From an uncultured delta proteobacterium (GTDB taxonomy: Bacteria; Myxococcota_A; Polyangia; Fen-1088): a stretch of 64,000 nt of DNA. The DNA lies in NCBI GenBank assembly GCA_963767925.1, contig CAVYGB010000010.1, positions 768,001-832,000 on the forward strand, written 5' to 3'. The position numbers and the translations under genes were made by a program. Of the stretch, positions 19,229 through 29,268 are shown piece after piece (the first letter of the stretch is position 1; each line of letters starts with the position of its first letter). The notes beneath the pieces are model-generated. The model saw only the letters and a list, made by a program, of their open reading frames with translations. It made no database searches and was not told the DNA's origin.

Positions 19229-20299
19229 TCAGCCCCGGAACAGCTCCATCTGGCGAGGCGGACCGAGGGCGTAAGCGTCGAGCCCGTCGTCGCGTAGGCG
19301 GGCGGCCAGCTCCTCGGCGTGGCCGCGGAACACCGCCACCTCCCGGGCGCCGCAGGCCTCGACGTAGGCCAGGAGCTGGGCGTAGCCGCTCTGGCTCGAC
19401 AGGGGGATGGCCACCTCGGCACCCACTGCGGCCAGCGCGTCGGCGTCGAGGCTGAAGCCCGAGACGAAGGCCACCCGCGGGCGGGCCAGCTTGCCCAGCA
19501 GGGAGGTCCCCTGCGCCTGGGGCGGCCAGAGCAGGACCTCGCCGGCCGCGAGCCGCCCGTCGAAGCGGCCGATGGCGGGGGGGCTGGCCCCGGCGGCGCG
19601 GAAGGTGGCCGCCGCGGCGAGGATCGCGCGGTGCCCGCGCAGGGTCAGCCCGGCCCCGGCCAGCGCGGCGGCGGCCGCCATCGCGGTGGAGAAGGGCGGA
19701 GCCAGCAGCACCGGCGCCTGGCCGGCGGCCCGGGCCTCGGCGACGAAGGCGAGCAGCCGGGCCAGCGCCTCGGCCGGCGGGGGCAACACGTAGCGGGGAT
19801 CGCCGAAGGTGCCGTCGATGCACAGGGCATCGGCCGGCCGCAGCTCGGCGGGGGTGGCGCCGAAGGCGGGGGCCTCGGTCCGCACCGAGCCGGCGTAGAC
19901 CAGGCGGCGCCCGCCCACCTCGACGAGCAGCGAGGCCGAGCCCGGCAGGTGGCCCGAGGGGAACAGCTCGACCCGGCAGTCGCCGAGGGCGAAGGGCCGC
20001 CCGTACCCGGCCGGCAGGGCGTGCCGCCGCAGGCGCCCGCCCAGGGGCCCCAGCAGGGCGAGGGTGCCCTCGGTGGCGAGCAGCTCGTGGCGCCCGGCGC
20101 CCGCCACCCAGCCCGCGCTCGCCGCCTTGCGGGGGGGCGCGGCCAGCGGGGTGGCCTCGGCCAGCGCGCCGAGGGCCTGGGCGTGCGAGAGGAACCCCAG
20201 CACCTCGCCCCCGCCGAGCGCGTCGCAGGTGATGCGGCTGCCGGCGATGCGCACCCCGCGCGCCAGGCTGAACGCGCGCTCCCCCCGCCGCCGCTTCAT
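19229..20299 (-). CDS. Metallo-beta-lactamase/beta-CASP-fold protein (degenerate metal motif)
   Basis: FPSGHLPGSASLL, LVYAG, LCIDGTFGDPRYVLP and PLSSQSGYAQLLAYV; the HxHxDH position reads SHAQAL. Confidence 0.7.
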   Translation of the reverse strand: MKRRRGERAFSLARGVRIAGSRITCDALGGGEVLGFLSHAQALGALAEATPLAAPPRKAASAGWVAGAGRHELLATEGTLALLGPLGGRLRRHALPAGYGRPFALGDCRVELFPSGHLPGSASLLVEVGGRRLVYAGSVRTEAPAFGATPAELRPADALCIDGTFGDPRYVLPPPAEALARLLAFVAEARAAGQAPVLLAPPFSTAMAAAAALAGAGLTLRGHRAILAAAATFRAAGASPPAIGRFDGRLAAGEVLLWPPQAQGTSLLGKLARPRVAFVSGFSLDADALAAVGAEVAIPLSSQSGYAQLLAYVEACGAREVAVFRGHAEELAARLRDDGLDAYALGPPRQMELFRG

Positions 20300-20312
20300 C
20301 GTCCGGGCGCCG

Positions 20313-22145
20313 CTACACGCCGGTGATGTGGCGCGCGACGAGCAGGGTGAGCACGCGGGCGATGAGGTCGACCTCCGGCTCGCTGCCCCGGATGCGCAGA
20401 TCGCAGGGGGCCACGCTGTTGCCCTCGGGATCGACGTCGATCACCAGGCTGGCGAACTCGGGGATGAGGGCCTGCACCTGGCCGTAGTCGGCCAGCCCGA
20501 TGGCGTTTGTCGTCGACACGACGATGAGGCCGGCGTGCAACATCAGGTGGGCCACCTCGGCGAAGCGGCGGACCAGCTCCTCCTGGGTGGCGTCCACCCA
20601 GTACAGATCGCGGTCCACCCCCAGCAGCACGTTGGTGCCGTCGAGCATGTAGGCCCCCCGCCCCTCGGAGAAGAGGGCCCGCTCGAGCGCGCGAGCGTAG
20701 CGGTGTTTGCCGCTGCCCGCCCGGCCCACGAACATGACCAGCGCCGGGCGGTGGCCGACCCGCTGGGCCCGCTCCTCGACCGTGACGCCGCCGCGCACCC
20801 AGTTGAAGTCGCGCAGGCGGGCCTCGGCCCGGAAGTCGGCGTGGTCGTCGGAGATGGCCTCGACGATGATGCCCCCGCCGGCCACGTCGTAGCCGTCGAC
20901 GACAACGAAGCGCCCGGTGGCCTCCGAGTTGACGGTGAGGTCGAAGGAGATGGGCTGCTTGGTCTCGATGACCAGGTCGGCCACCTCGTGGCGCCCGACC
21001 GACTCGCGGGCGAGCTGCGAGTTGGCCTCCGAGGCGTCGATGACCTTGTTGATCTTGAGGATGCGGGCGCCCACCGCGGTCGTGTGGATCTTGAGCTTGT
21101 AGTCCCGCCCCTTCTCGAAGGGCCGCTTGCTGAGCCATATCAAGTTGGCCCGGAAGCGGGTGCTGACCAGCGGGGGGCGCTCGACGTGGCTCATCACCTC
21201 GCCCCGGGTCACGTAGATCTCCTCGGAGAGGGTGAAGCCGGTCGACCAGCCCGCCTCGATGTCGCTGCGGGGCCTGGTGTTGAAGCCCTCGATGCTGCGG
21301 ATGGTGCTGGACTTGTTGGAGGGGGAGAAGACGACCGTGTCGCCCACCCGCACCCGGCCCGATTCGATCCGCCCGGCCACGATGCGCCGATCGTCCCCCT
21401 GATTGGTGAACTTGTAGACCGCCTGCACCGGCATGCGCATGGCCTGGTCGGAGCGAGGGGGGGCCTTGACGAAGGTGTCGAGGGTCTCGAGCAGGGTGGC
21501 GCCCCCGTGCCAGGGCATGCTGGCGTCGGCCCGGGCGGCCAGGTTCTCGCCCAGCAGGGCGCTGATCGGGATGAAGGAGCGGGGGGCCACCGACCCGATC
21601 TCGGAGAGGAAGTGGCGGTACTCCTTCTCGATGTCGCGGAACACCTGCTCCTGGTTGTCCACCAGGTCCATCTTGTTCACGCAGACCACCACCTGCTGGA
21701 TGCCGAGCATCGCCAGGATGTAGCCGTGGCGGCGGCTGTTCTCCCGCACGCCCTCCTTGGCGTCGATGATGAGGACGGCGGCCTCGGCCCGGGCGGCGCC
21801 CGAGATCATGTTCTTGAGGAACTCGATGTGCCCGGGGGCGTCGATGATGATGTAGTCGCGCGTGGCCGTCTTGAAGAAGCAGCGGGCGGTGTCGATGGTG
21901 ATGCCCTGGTCCTGCTCGTCGGAGAGGGCGTCGAGGAGGAAGGCGTATTCGAAGGGCTTGCCGGTGCGCAGGCACTCCCGGCGGACCGCCTCCAGCTTGC
22001 CCTGGGGCAGGGACCCGGTGTCGGCCAGCAGGCGGCCCACCACCGTCGATTTGCCGTGGTCGACGTGGCCCACCACGACGACGTTCATCTGCTGGCGGTC
22101 GCGGACCGGGTCGGCGGCCGGGCGGGCCAGGCTGTCGGGCAGCAT
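20313..22145 (-). CDS. cysN: Sulfate adenylyltransferase subunit 1 with a C-terminal APS-kinase-like domain
   Basis: GHVDHGKST, EQDQGITID, DAPGH, NKMD and TGRFVVVD, followed by GRAGSGK/YMLDG. Start overlaps the cysD stop (TGATG). Confidence 0.92.
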   Translation of the reverse strand: MLPDSLARPAADPVRDRQQMNVVVVGHVDHGKSTVVGRLLADTGSLPQGKLEAVRRECLRTGKPFEYAFLLDALSDEQDQGITIDTARCFFKTATRDYIIIDAPGHIEFLKNMISGAARAEAAVLIIDAKEGVRENSRRHGYILAMLGIQQVVVCVNKMDLVDNQEQVFRDIEKEYRHFLSEIGSVAPRSFIPISALLGENLAARADASMPWHGGATLLETLDTFVKAPPRSDQAMRMPVQAVYKFTNQGDDRRIVAGRIESGRVRVGDTVVFSPSNKSSTIRSIEGFNTRPRSDIEAGWSTGFTLSEEIYVTRGEVMSHVERPPLVSTRFRANLIWLSKRPFEKGRDYKLKIHTTAVGARILKINKVIDASEANSQLARESVGRHEVADLVIETKQPISFDLTVNSEATGRFVVVDGYDVAGGGIIVEAISDDHADFRAEARLRDFNWVRGGVTVEERAQRVGHRPALVMFVGRAGSGKHRYARALERALFSEGRGAYMLDGTNVLLGVDRDLYWVDATQEELVRRFAEVAHLMLHAGLIVVSTTNAIGLADYGQVQALIPEFASLVIDVDPEGNSVAPCDLRIRGSEPEVDLIARVLTLLVARHITGV

Positions 22146-23056
22146 CACATGTAGCCTTCCCGGCGCAGCTCCTCCAGGCCGTGTTTTCCGTCCTGCAGGC
22201 GGCCGGAGCGCTCGGCGATGTTGCGCAGCTTGCCGCTCTTGAGCTCGACGATGATCTCGTCGACGTCGCGGGCGGTGCTCTCGATGGGGAGCTGGCAGGG
22301 GCCGCAGCCCAGGCTGCGGTAGCGCTTGCCCGTGCCCTGATCGTAATAGAGCGACACCGTGGGGATCCCCTCGCGCTTGATGTACTCCCAGATGTTGAGC
22401 TCGGTCCAGTCCAGCAGGGGGTGGATGCGCACGTGGGTGCCGGGTGCGAAGTCGGTCTTGAACTGGTTCCAGAACTCGGGCGGCTGATCGCCGACGTCCC
22501 ACTCGCTGTTGCGGTCGCGGGGGGAGAAGTAGCGCTCCTTGGAGCGGCTGCCCTCCTCGTCGGCCCGGGCCCCCACGATGACCCCCTGGTAGGGCTCGCG
22601 GTCGGGATCGAGGAGGTAGCGGCCGCTGGCGAGGTCGAGGCGCTTGCGCGGCAGGGTGCCGTTGAGCGTGCCGACGAGGGCGTCCTTCTTGAGCTGCCGG
22701 CAGCAGTCGACCCGCGAGACCTTGTGGGGGTCGCCCTCGGGCAGGTGCTGGGTGTCGGGGAACGTGCTGCGCGCGTCGAGGGCGGTCCGGTTCTCGCCCA
22801 CCACCATCTGCAGCCGGTACTCCATGGCCAGCCGGTCGCGGTAGGCGATCATCTCCGGGAGCTTGAAGCTCGTGTCGATGTGCACCAGCGGGAAGGGGAC
22901 GTGCCCGAAGAAGGCCTTGCGGGCCAGCCAGAGCAGGACCGTCGAGTCCTTGCCGATGGACCACAACATGCACAGCCGCTCGAAATGGCGGAAGGCCTCC
23001 CGGAAGATGTAGACGCTTTGCTGCTCGAGTTGATCGAGATGGTCGTGAGAGCTCAT
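22145..23056 (-). CDS. cysD: Sulfate adenylyltransferase subunit 2
   Basis: [43 protein letters not shown] and YRSLGC. Confidence 0.95.
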   Translation of the reverse strand: MSSHDHLDQLEQQSVYIFREAFRHFERLCMLWSIGKDSTVLLWLARKAFFGHVPFPLVHIDTSFKLPEMIAYRDRLAMEYRLQMVVGENRTALDARSTFPDTQHLPEGDPHKVSRVDCCRQLKKDALVGTLNGTLPRKRLDLASGRYLLDPDREPYQGVIVGARADEEGSRSKERYFSPRDRNSEWDVGDQPPEFWNQFKTDFAPGTHVRIHPLLDWTELNIWEYIKREGIPTVSLYYDQGTGKRYRSLGCGPCQLPIESTARDVDEIIVELKSGKLRNIAERSGRLQDGKHGLEELRREGYM

Positions 23057-23254
23057 TGTCGGCGAGGAGCCCGGTCGGGCCGCGAGGGTACCGCCGTTCA
23101 CCGGCGGCGGAAAGGGTGCGGAGTATGGCATTGACGCGCGCCAAACGCATCCACCGCCGCCGACCCGCCGCGCCAGTCGGGAGTCGCGATCAGCCGGACC
23201 CTGCTCGAGCGGGCTGCGCTTCGCTGCGCCTGCGATTCGCGCTAAGCTCGAGGC

Positions 23255-23605
23255 ATGCGGATCCTGCTGCATCTGGCGTTACTCACCGTGACGGTCCTGG
23301 CCTGCGCCCGCTACCTGACCGGCGTGCGGGTCAAGAGCGCGCCGGCGGCGTTGGGCGTCGCGGTGCTGTTCAGCGTATTCAACTGGCTGCTGGGCGGGCT
23401 GCTCGAGGCGCTGCTCTTCTTGCCGGCCATCTTGACGCTGGGGCTCCTTTTCCTGGTGATGCCCCTCATCATCAACGTCGTCCTGCTCTGGGTGACGGAC
23501 AAGGTGCTGCACGTCTTCGAGATCGAAAATGCCAAGGCGCTCTGGCTGATGGCCATCGTCGTCACCATCGCCAACGGCCTGGCCGCCTTCCTCCTCCGCT
23601 TCTGA
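23255..23605 (+). CDS. 4-TM membrane protein (YvlD / 4-TMS holin-like family)
   Basis: Four hydrophobic segments with the family-typical [24 protein letters not shown]. Confidence 0.8.
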   Translation: MRILLHLALLTVTVLACARYLTGVRVKSAPAALGVAVLFSVFNWLLGGLLEALLFLPAILTLGLLFLVMPLIINVVLLWVTDKVLHVFEIENAKALWLMAIVVTIANGLAAFLLRF

Positions 23606-23669
23606 TCGGAGGGGATCCCGGTCCCCGGGGCGTTTTTCCGCCCGGGGCAGCCGTGGTATCCATGGGCCC

Positions 23670-24122
23670 ATGGGCAAGGGCTTGGTCGTCTTCACCGGCG
23701 TGATGGCCCTGGGCGCAGGGGCCGTGGGGGCCATCCAGCTCGGGCTCGGCCGGGTGGCCGAGGAGATCCGGGAGTCGCCCGGCTTCGCCGCCGGGTGGAA
23801 ACGGGCCGAGCAGCACCCTGCCCTGCTGCAGGCCATCGGCGGCCCACCCGCCCTGGCCCCCTTCTCCCTGACCGAGTTCGTGGCCGGTCACCAGCGCTGG
23901 GACTTCACGACCAGCGTGACCGAGACGATGGAGTCGGGGGAAAAGGGCCTGCGCAGCGTGCGGCGCGAGCGCAACGAGATCGACGTGCCGATCCGCGGCC
24001 CCAGCGGGCGCGGGCAGCTCACCATCGACGCCGTCGAGGTGCCGGGCCAGGGCTGGAATCCCACCCGGCTCGAGGCGCGCATCGACGGCAAGGGAGCGAC
24101 CCTCGATCTCCTGGGCGAATGA
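23670..24122 (+). CDS. Hypothetical single-TM protein (resembles Coa1-like family)
   Basis: N-terminal TM, AEQHPALLQAIG and IDVPIRGPSGRGQLTIDA. Confidence 0.65.
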   Translation: MGKGLVVFTGVMALGAGAVGAIQLGLGRVAEEIRESPGFAAGWKRAEQHPALLQAIGGPPALAPFSLTEFVAGHQRWDFTTSVTETMESGEKGLRSVRRERNEIDVPIRGPSGRGQLTIDAVEVPGQGWNPTRLEARIDGKGATLDLLGE

Positions 24123-25356
24123 GCGCCGGCGGCTGCTGGTGGCGGGCGCGGCGGCGCTCGCGCTGCACGCCAGCGCCCTGATCCTGCTCACCCGGGCGAC
24201 CGCGCCGGTGGCGGCGCCGGTCCTGGAGGCCGAGGGGCTCGTCGTCGCGACAGAGGTGGTGGCCCAGCCGGTGCTGGGTCCCCTGCCCCCGCCCCGCTCG
24301 GGCCAGGTCGTCGAGTCGGTGGGGGCGTCGCGGGAGGCGCCGCCGCCCGAGGAGAGCCCGCGCATCGCCGAGCGCGACGCCGTCACCGCGCTGGAGACCC
24401 GGCGGGGCGCCAGCACCCAGGAGCCGGGGCAGCGCGCGGCCGCCCGCCAGCCCGCCCGGGCCGCGCCGGCGCCCCGGCCGGCCACCACCGCCATCGAGGC
24501 CCCCGGCGGGATGGCCATCGTGGCGCCCGACGCCGGGGCGGCCGCCGAGCTCAGCAGCGACGCCGGGGCCAGCGCGACCGCCGCCGCCGACCCGGGCGGC
24601 GCCCCGGTCGGCATCACCCTCGACCTGGCCGAACACGCCGACGACGAGCTCGACGACGTCCCGCTCGGCGCCGAGACCCGGCTGAACGCCCACGCCTCGA
24701 GCTACGCCGGCGTCATCAACGGCGTGCGCGACCGGGTCCGGCGGGTCTGGCGGGTGCGCGAGGTCTATCAGGAGGTCGATCCCGCCCACCGCTTCCGGGG
24801 CAGCGCCCTGATCACGGAGGTGTCGGTGCGGCTGAGCCCCGAAGGGAAGGTCACCCGGGCGGCGGTGCTGCAGGGCTCGGGCCTGAGCGAGGTCGACGAG
24901 GAGGCCACCGAGGCCCTGCACCGGGCGGGGCCCTTCACGGTGCCGGCCGGCGTCCTCGATCCCGACGGGAGCTTCAGCTTCCAGATGAGCTTCACCTTCG
25001 ATCTGGGGCCCCTGCGCTTCCTGACCGCGACCCGCCAGGCGCTGCTGGAGCGCTGGAAGCCCTCGCGCGCGTTCCGCCAGGTGGGGGATCGCGAGCGGGT
25101 GACGGCGCTGCGGGTGCAGCTCGCCCACGACGGCGAGGTGGTGAAGATCAATCCGGTCGCCTCGGCGGGGATCGACTTCCTCGACAACGGCGCCCTGGCC
25201 GCGCTCCGGCCGGGCGATCGCCTGCCCGCGCCTCCCGAGAGCCTGGTGCGCGCGCCCGGCGGCCAGGTCGCGGTGTGGATCGAGTTCCGGCATCGGGTGG
25301 GCGCCCCCAGCGACGTGCGGGTCCGCCGCCGCTACCAGGCCAGCGAGCGGGACTGA
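24119..25356 (+). CDS. TonB-family protein with two tandem TonB C-terminal-like domains
   Basis: TM anchor with ALHA (TonB-like His) and a Pro/Ala linker. Domain 1 has QGSGLSEVDEEATEALHRAGPF; domain 2 has SAGIDFLDNGALAAL. The likely ATG 24119 (ATGA overlap) is out of frame by one base; the in-frame ORF starts at 24139. Confidence 0.75.
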
Positions 25357-25643
25357 GGCGCGCGCCGCTGCCGAAGCGGCACGGGCCACCCGGGCCAACC
25401 GGGCGGGGGCCGGCGGGCGAGGCCCGGTGGTGCCAGCGGAACACCTCATGGATAGGGCCTCGGGCCCCTCGGGGGGCGCCTGGCCCCGGTAAAGACGGCG
25501 TGATCCGACCTTCTGCGTTTGGCCGGCGCGATGTTATGTTGTGGCGGTCGCTCGCTAGCCGCAGGGGGTCACCCCCCGGCGCGGCGGGCTTCCAGAAAAG
25601 TTCGCGCCCCAAGCCGGACCAGAAAAGAAAAAGGAGCTCGAGC

Positions 25644-27056
25644 ATGCCGAGTGCACTTCGCTCGCGGTTGGGCAGGGGGTTGCGGGGAATCACGTTCGCA
25701 GCCGTCCTGACGGCCTTCGCAGGTTGCGGAGACGATCCCCCCTCGTCGCCACCCGCCGGAGGCGGCGGCCGCGCGGGCACTGCCACCCCACCTTCCACCG
25801 TGACCGCCGGGACCGGCGGCAGCACGGCGGGCACCGGAGGACAGGGCGGCGCGGCCGGCGCGCGGACGCCCGATGCGCGGCGCCCCGACACGGCCGCTCC
25901 GGGCAACCGGGACGCGGCCGCGCGCGACACCGCCGTCCGGCGGGACGCGCCGGTCGTCGACGCCGGCGCCGCGGCCCCCAGCGCCCCCGGCAACCTCGCG
26001 ATGGGCGCGCGCTGCGCGGCCCCCGGCGGCGCCGGTGGCTGCCAGGACGGGCTGATCTGCTGCCAGCCCTGCTGCGAGGGACGGCCCGCCGTGTGCACCC
26101 AGCCGGTGCAGAACGCGGCCGGCATCGGGGTGGGCCAGTGCCCGTTGCCCGACCTGGCGGTCGACGTGACCGCGCTGCGAACCCGGCTCGGCTCGGGCCC
26201 CATGACCTTCGCCGCCAACAGCTGCGAGGCGCGCGAGACCTGCGTGTCCCAGCCCGGCACGCGCAACACCCTGCACTTCGAGGTGTTGACCCCCAACATC
26301 GGGACCGCCGACCTCATCCTCGGCGCGCCCGCGGGCAAGCCCGGCTTCGAGTTCGCCACTTGCCACGAGCACTACCACTTCAACAACTACGCCCTCTACC
26401 AGCTCCTCGACGCCGAGGGGAACGAGGTGCTCAAGGGGCTCAAGCGGGCCTTCTGTCTGATGGACACCGATCGCAACCCGATGTACCCGCTGCAGTCCCC
26501 GGCCAACGCCCGGTACAACTGCGGGCGCCAGGGCATCCAGCGGGGCTGGGCCGACAGCTACTACAACGGGCTCGAGTGTCAGTACATCGACGTCACCGAC
26601 GTCCCGCCCGGGCGCTACAAGCTGCGGGTCTCGATCAACCCCAACAAGTTCTTCCCCGAGCTGTCGTACGACAACAACATCGGGGAGGTCGACGTCGACA
26701 TCACGCCGATGGTCGCCAGCCCCACCGAGGCCTGCTCGGGCCTCGTGATCGGCACCAAGCGGGAGTGCGGCTGGACCAAGGCGATGACCGCCACCTGCAC
26801 CCCCGGGAGCCGGGTCACCGCGAGCTGCGGCGCCGAGTGTGGCGGCGGCACCCGCACCGGCGATCCCATGATGCGCGTGTGCGCGGGGGGCGACGCCTGC
26901 CGCGCGCCCGGCCTCGGCAGCAACGACGACTGCGGCGGCGGCAACAACCGCGGGGCCCGGGTGCAGTTCACCTGCCCGGCGGGCGGCCAGTACACCGTCC
27001 TCACCGGCCCCGCCGGCAGCAACCGCCCGGCGACCTGCACCGTCAACGTCCGCTGA
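25644..27056 (+). CDS. Lysyl-oxidase-family lipoprotein
   Basis: Lipobox FAGC; CHEHYHF Cu-binding motif; LKRAFCLMD; GWADSYYNGLECQYIDVTDVPPGRYKLRVSINP...ELSYDNN. AAGGAG SD before ATG 25644. Confidence 0.9.
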   Translation: MPSALRSRLGRGLRGITFAAVLTAFAGCGDDPPSSPPAGGGGRAGTATPPSTVTAGTGGSTAGTGGQGGAAGARTPDARRPDTAAPGNRDAAARDTAVRRDAPVVDAGAAAPSAPGNLAMGARCAAPGGAGGCQDGLICCQPCCEGRPAVCTQPVQNAAGIGVGQCPLPDLAVDVTALRTRLGSGPMTFAANSCEARETCVSQPGTRNTLHFEVLTPNIGTADLILGAPAGKPGFEFATCHEHYHFNNYALYQLLDAEGNEVLKGLKRAFCLMDTDRNPMYPLQSPANARYNCGRQGIQRGWADSYYNGLECQYIDVTDVPPGRYKLRVSINPNKFFPELSYDNNIGEVDVDITPMVASPTEACSGLVIGTKRECGWTKAMTATCTPGSRVTASCGAECGGGTRTGDPMMRVCAGGDACRAPGLGSNDDCGGGNNRGARVQFTCPAGGQYTVLTGPAGSNRPATCTVNVR

Positions 27057-27074
27057 CCGCGCCCGGCTGAAACG

Positions 27075-27114
27075 ACGGGCGAGCGGCCGCGAGTCGCTCG
27101 CCCGTTTTCTTTTT
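27075..27114 (+). terminator. Rho-independent terminator
   Basis: ACGGGCGAGCGGC-cgcga-GTCGCTCGCCCGT (13-bp stem, one G-U) followed by TTTCTTTTT, 18 nt after the stop at 27056. Confidence 0.9.
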
Positions 27115-27181
27115 CGGCGGCGCGCGCGCCGGAGACGGCCGCAAAAAAGTGGGCCGGGTTGGTCCCGGCGGTCGGGCGTTT

Positions 27182-27679
27182 CTAGGCGCGGCCGGGGCCG
27201 CGGCCGGGGGGCTCGGCTACCCGGCGCTCCCAGGCCTCGTTGACCTGGGCGAAGGAGGCGGCGAGGCGGCGGCCGGTGATGGTGTAGGCGTCGCTCTCGT
27301 CGGTGTCCCAGGAGGGCGCGCCCGGGCGGCCCAGCCAGGGGCTCAGCCCCGCGCGCAGGAGGGCGCAGAGGCGCTCGGCGTCGCTCTCGGGCGCGTCGGG
27401 CATGCGGGCCAGCAGGCAGGTGCGGGCGAAGACCAGCACCTCACCGAGCGTGGTGCGGGGGACGCCGGCCGCGGCGGCGGCGGCGGGGGTGGCCACCGCA
27501 CAGGCCACCTCGTAGGGGAGCGCGCGCACGGCCGTCTCGAGGTCGGCGGGGAAGAAGCCGGGCGCGGGCAAGCGGCGGATCGCCACCACGGTGGCGGGTG
27601 CCTCGCGCATCAACCTGGCGACAAGCGCGCCGCTGTCGCAGCCGATGATGCCCGTCGTGATCTTGGAAGCGCGGCTCAC
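27182..27679 (-). CDS. Hypothetical protein
   Basis: 165-aa ORF filling the gap with plausible codon usage; no recognisable motif. Confidence 0.5.
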   Translation of the reverse strand: MSRASKITTGIIGCDSGALVARLMREAPATVVAIRRLPAPGFFPADLETAVRALPYEVACAVATPAAAAAAGVPRTTLGEVLVFARTCLLARMPDAPESDAERLCALLRAGLSPWLGRPGAPSWDTDESDAYTITGRRLAASFAQVNEAWERRVAEPPGRGPGRA

Positions 27680-27843
27680 TTGATTCGTCTAACGCTTCCA
27701 CGCGGACAGCACAAGTCTCCTCTGCGAAACGCAGAGCGAAACGCGCGCGCGTGTAACCGGGCCTCCCACCGGGTGGCAGGGGCAGGCGCGGCATGCGGGT
27801 GCGCTGGTTGTAAGGGTCACAGCCGGCAGCTAGATTTGAATGC

Positions 27844-28230
27844 ATGGCGGAGTCGAATGGGGAGAAGGGGAAACCGGCGCAGGCCACCGGGACCGAACGG
27901 CGGGCCAGCGCGCGGATGCCGGTGGAGATGTGGGTCGAGGACCTCACCGACGGCGGTGTCGTCTATCGCCGTGCGGGAAATCTCTCGCGGGGGGGGCTCT
28001 ACCTGGATCAGACGATCCCGCTGCCCATCGGCAGCAAGATCCGGCTGCGGTTTTCGCTGCCCGACGACAGCGTGCCGATCAGCGTCTCGGCCCAGATCGT
28101 GTCGATCAACTCGCGCGAGCGGCTCGGCATGGGGGTGAAGTTCCTCGACCTCGAGCGGTCGGTGCAGGACCGCATCGGCAGCTTCATCGAGCGGCTCAGC
28201 ACCCCGCCGATGGGGCTGTCGACCGGGTAG
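27844..28230 (+). CDS. PilZ-domain protein
   Basis: ERRASAR (RxxxR), NLSRGG (D/NxSxxG) and GMGVKF. Confidence 0.9.
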   Translation: MAESNGEKGKPAQATGTERRASARMPVEMWVEDLTDGGVVYRRAGNLSRGGLYLDQTIPLPIGSKIRLRFSLPDDSVPISVSAQIVSINSRERLGMGVKFLDLERSVQDRIGSFIERLSTPPMGLSTG

Positions 28231-28236
28231 GGCTCT

Positions 28237-29268
28237 TCAGCGCTCGGTGGCGGCGGGACCGAGCCGCAGGTGGCCCCGGATGAAGGACGACCCGCCGCGC
28301 TCGTCGCGCACGACGACGAACAGGTAGGCCGGGCGGCGCTCGCCCGGGGGGAGCTCGGCGGGGGCGGCGTAGGTCGATTCGATCTCGACGACGGGAGCGT
28401 TGCGCAGCGGCGAGGGGAAGGTCGACAAGCCGCCCGGTGAGAAGCCGCCGGAGGTGGCGTAAAAGCTGTAGCGCAGCGTCTCCGCGGGGATCTCCTCGAC
28501 GACGAAGCGGCGCTCGTCGCGGGAGAAGGCCCGGGCCAGGTAGGGCTCGGCCTCCCCCGGTGCGGGGACGACCTGCAGGCTGGCGCCGGCGGCCACGCTG
28601 GGCGGCGCGGCGGCCTCGAGCTGGGTCAGCGGCTCGCCGCGTCCGGCGCGGACCGACAGGTGCGGGATCCGAGGGTTGCGGTTGGGGAGCTGCCCGGGCG
28701 CCAGGCGGGGCGAAAACAGCACCCGCTTGACCGCCACCACCTGCTCGGCCCCCGCCCGGAAGGTGAAGGAGAGCGTGATCGGCAGGCCGAGCTCGAGGCT
28801 GAGCGGGTCGGCCATCACCGCCTGGATCAGCAGCTCCGGCCTGGGCTGGAAGGTGACGGCGATCGGCGCGCTCCCGTCTTCGCCCGGCACCACCTCGCCC
28901 TCCGCGATCGCCAGGGCGCCCTCCGGGCAGGGGGCCTGCGAGATGGTGTCGTTGACCCGCCCGGGCCCGTTGTCCGCCCCGCGATCGCCGTCCTCGGGGC
29001 GGTTGCCGCAGGCCTGCACCCGGAAGGCCACCGGCCGCCCACCGCCGCGCGGATCGATCACCAGCGGCGTGATCTGCACGCTCGGGAGCTGGGCCAGCAG
29101 GGCCGGGTTGTCCGTCACCGCCGGCAGATCGATCAGGATCTCGGGCGGCTCGGCCTGGATGGCCAGCAGGCGCAGATCCTTGACCAGCGTCGAGTCCTCG
29201 AACTCGGGGGTGCAGGCCCCCGCCAGGGCCAGCAAGGCCACCGCCGCCCCCCGCGACCGGCGGGCCAT
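28237..29268 (-). CDS. Lipoprotein partner of the TonB-dependent receptor
   Basis: Lipobox LAGAC; SxVKDLRLLAIQAEPPE and VVVRDERGG; start overlaps the receptor stop. Confidence 0.8.
   Translation of the reverse strand: MARRSRGAAVALLALAGACTPEFEDSTLVKDLRLLAIQAEPPEILIDLPAVTDNPALLAQLPSVQITPLVIDPRGGGRPVAFRVQACGNRPEDGDRGADNGPGRVNDTISQAPCPEGALAIAEGEVVPGEDGSAPIAVTFQPRPELLIQAVMADPLSLELGLPITLSFTFRAGAEQVVAVKRVLFSPRLAPGQLPNRNPRIPHLSVRAGRGEPLTQLEAAAPPSVAAGASLQVVPAPGEAEPYLARAFSRDERRFVVEEIPAETLRYSFYATSGGFSPGGLSTFPSPLRNAPVVEIESTYAAPAELPPGERRPAYLFVVVRDERGGSSFIRGHLRLGPAATER

Noticed and set aside
20313..23150. 945-aa CysN with a long N-terminal extension
   Set aside because: The extension is an alternative frame of cysD; cysN starts at 22145
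23255..23605. Holin-like gene as evidence of a prophage
   Set aside because: No phage structural, integrase or endolysin genes adjacent; this family is commonly chromosomal
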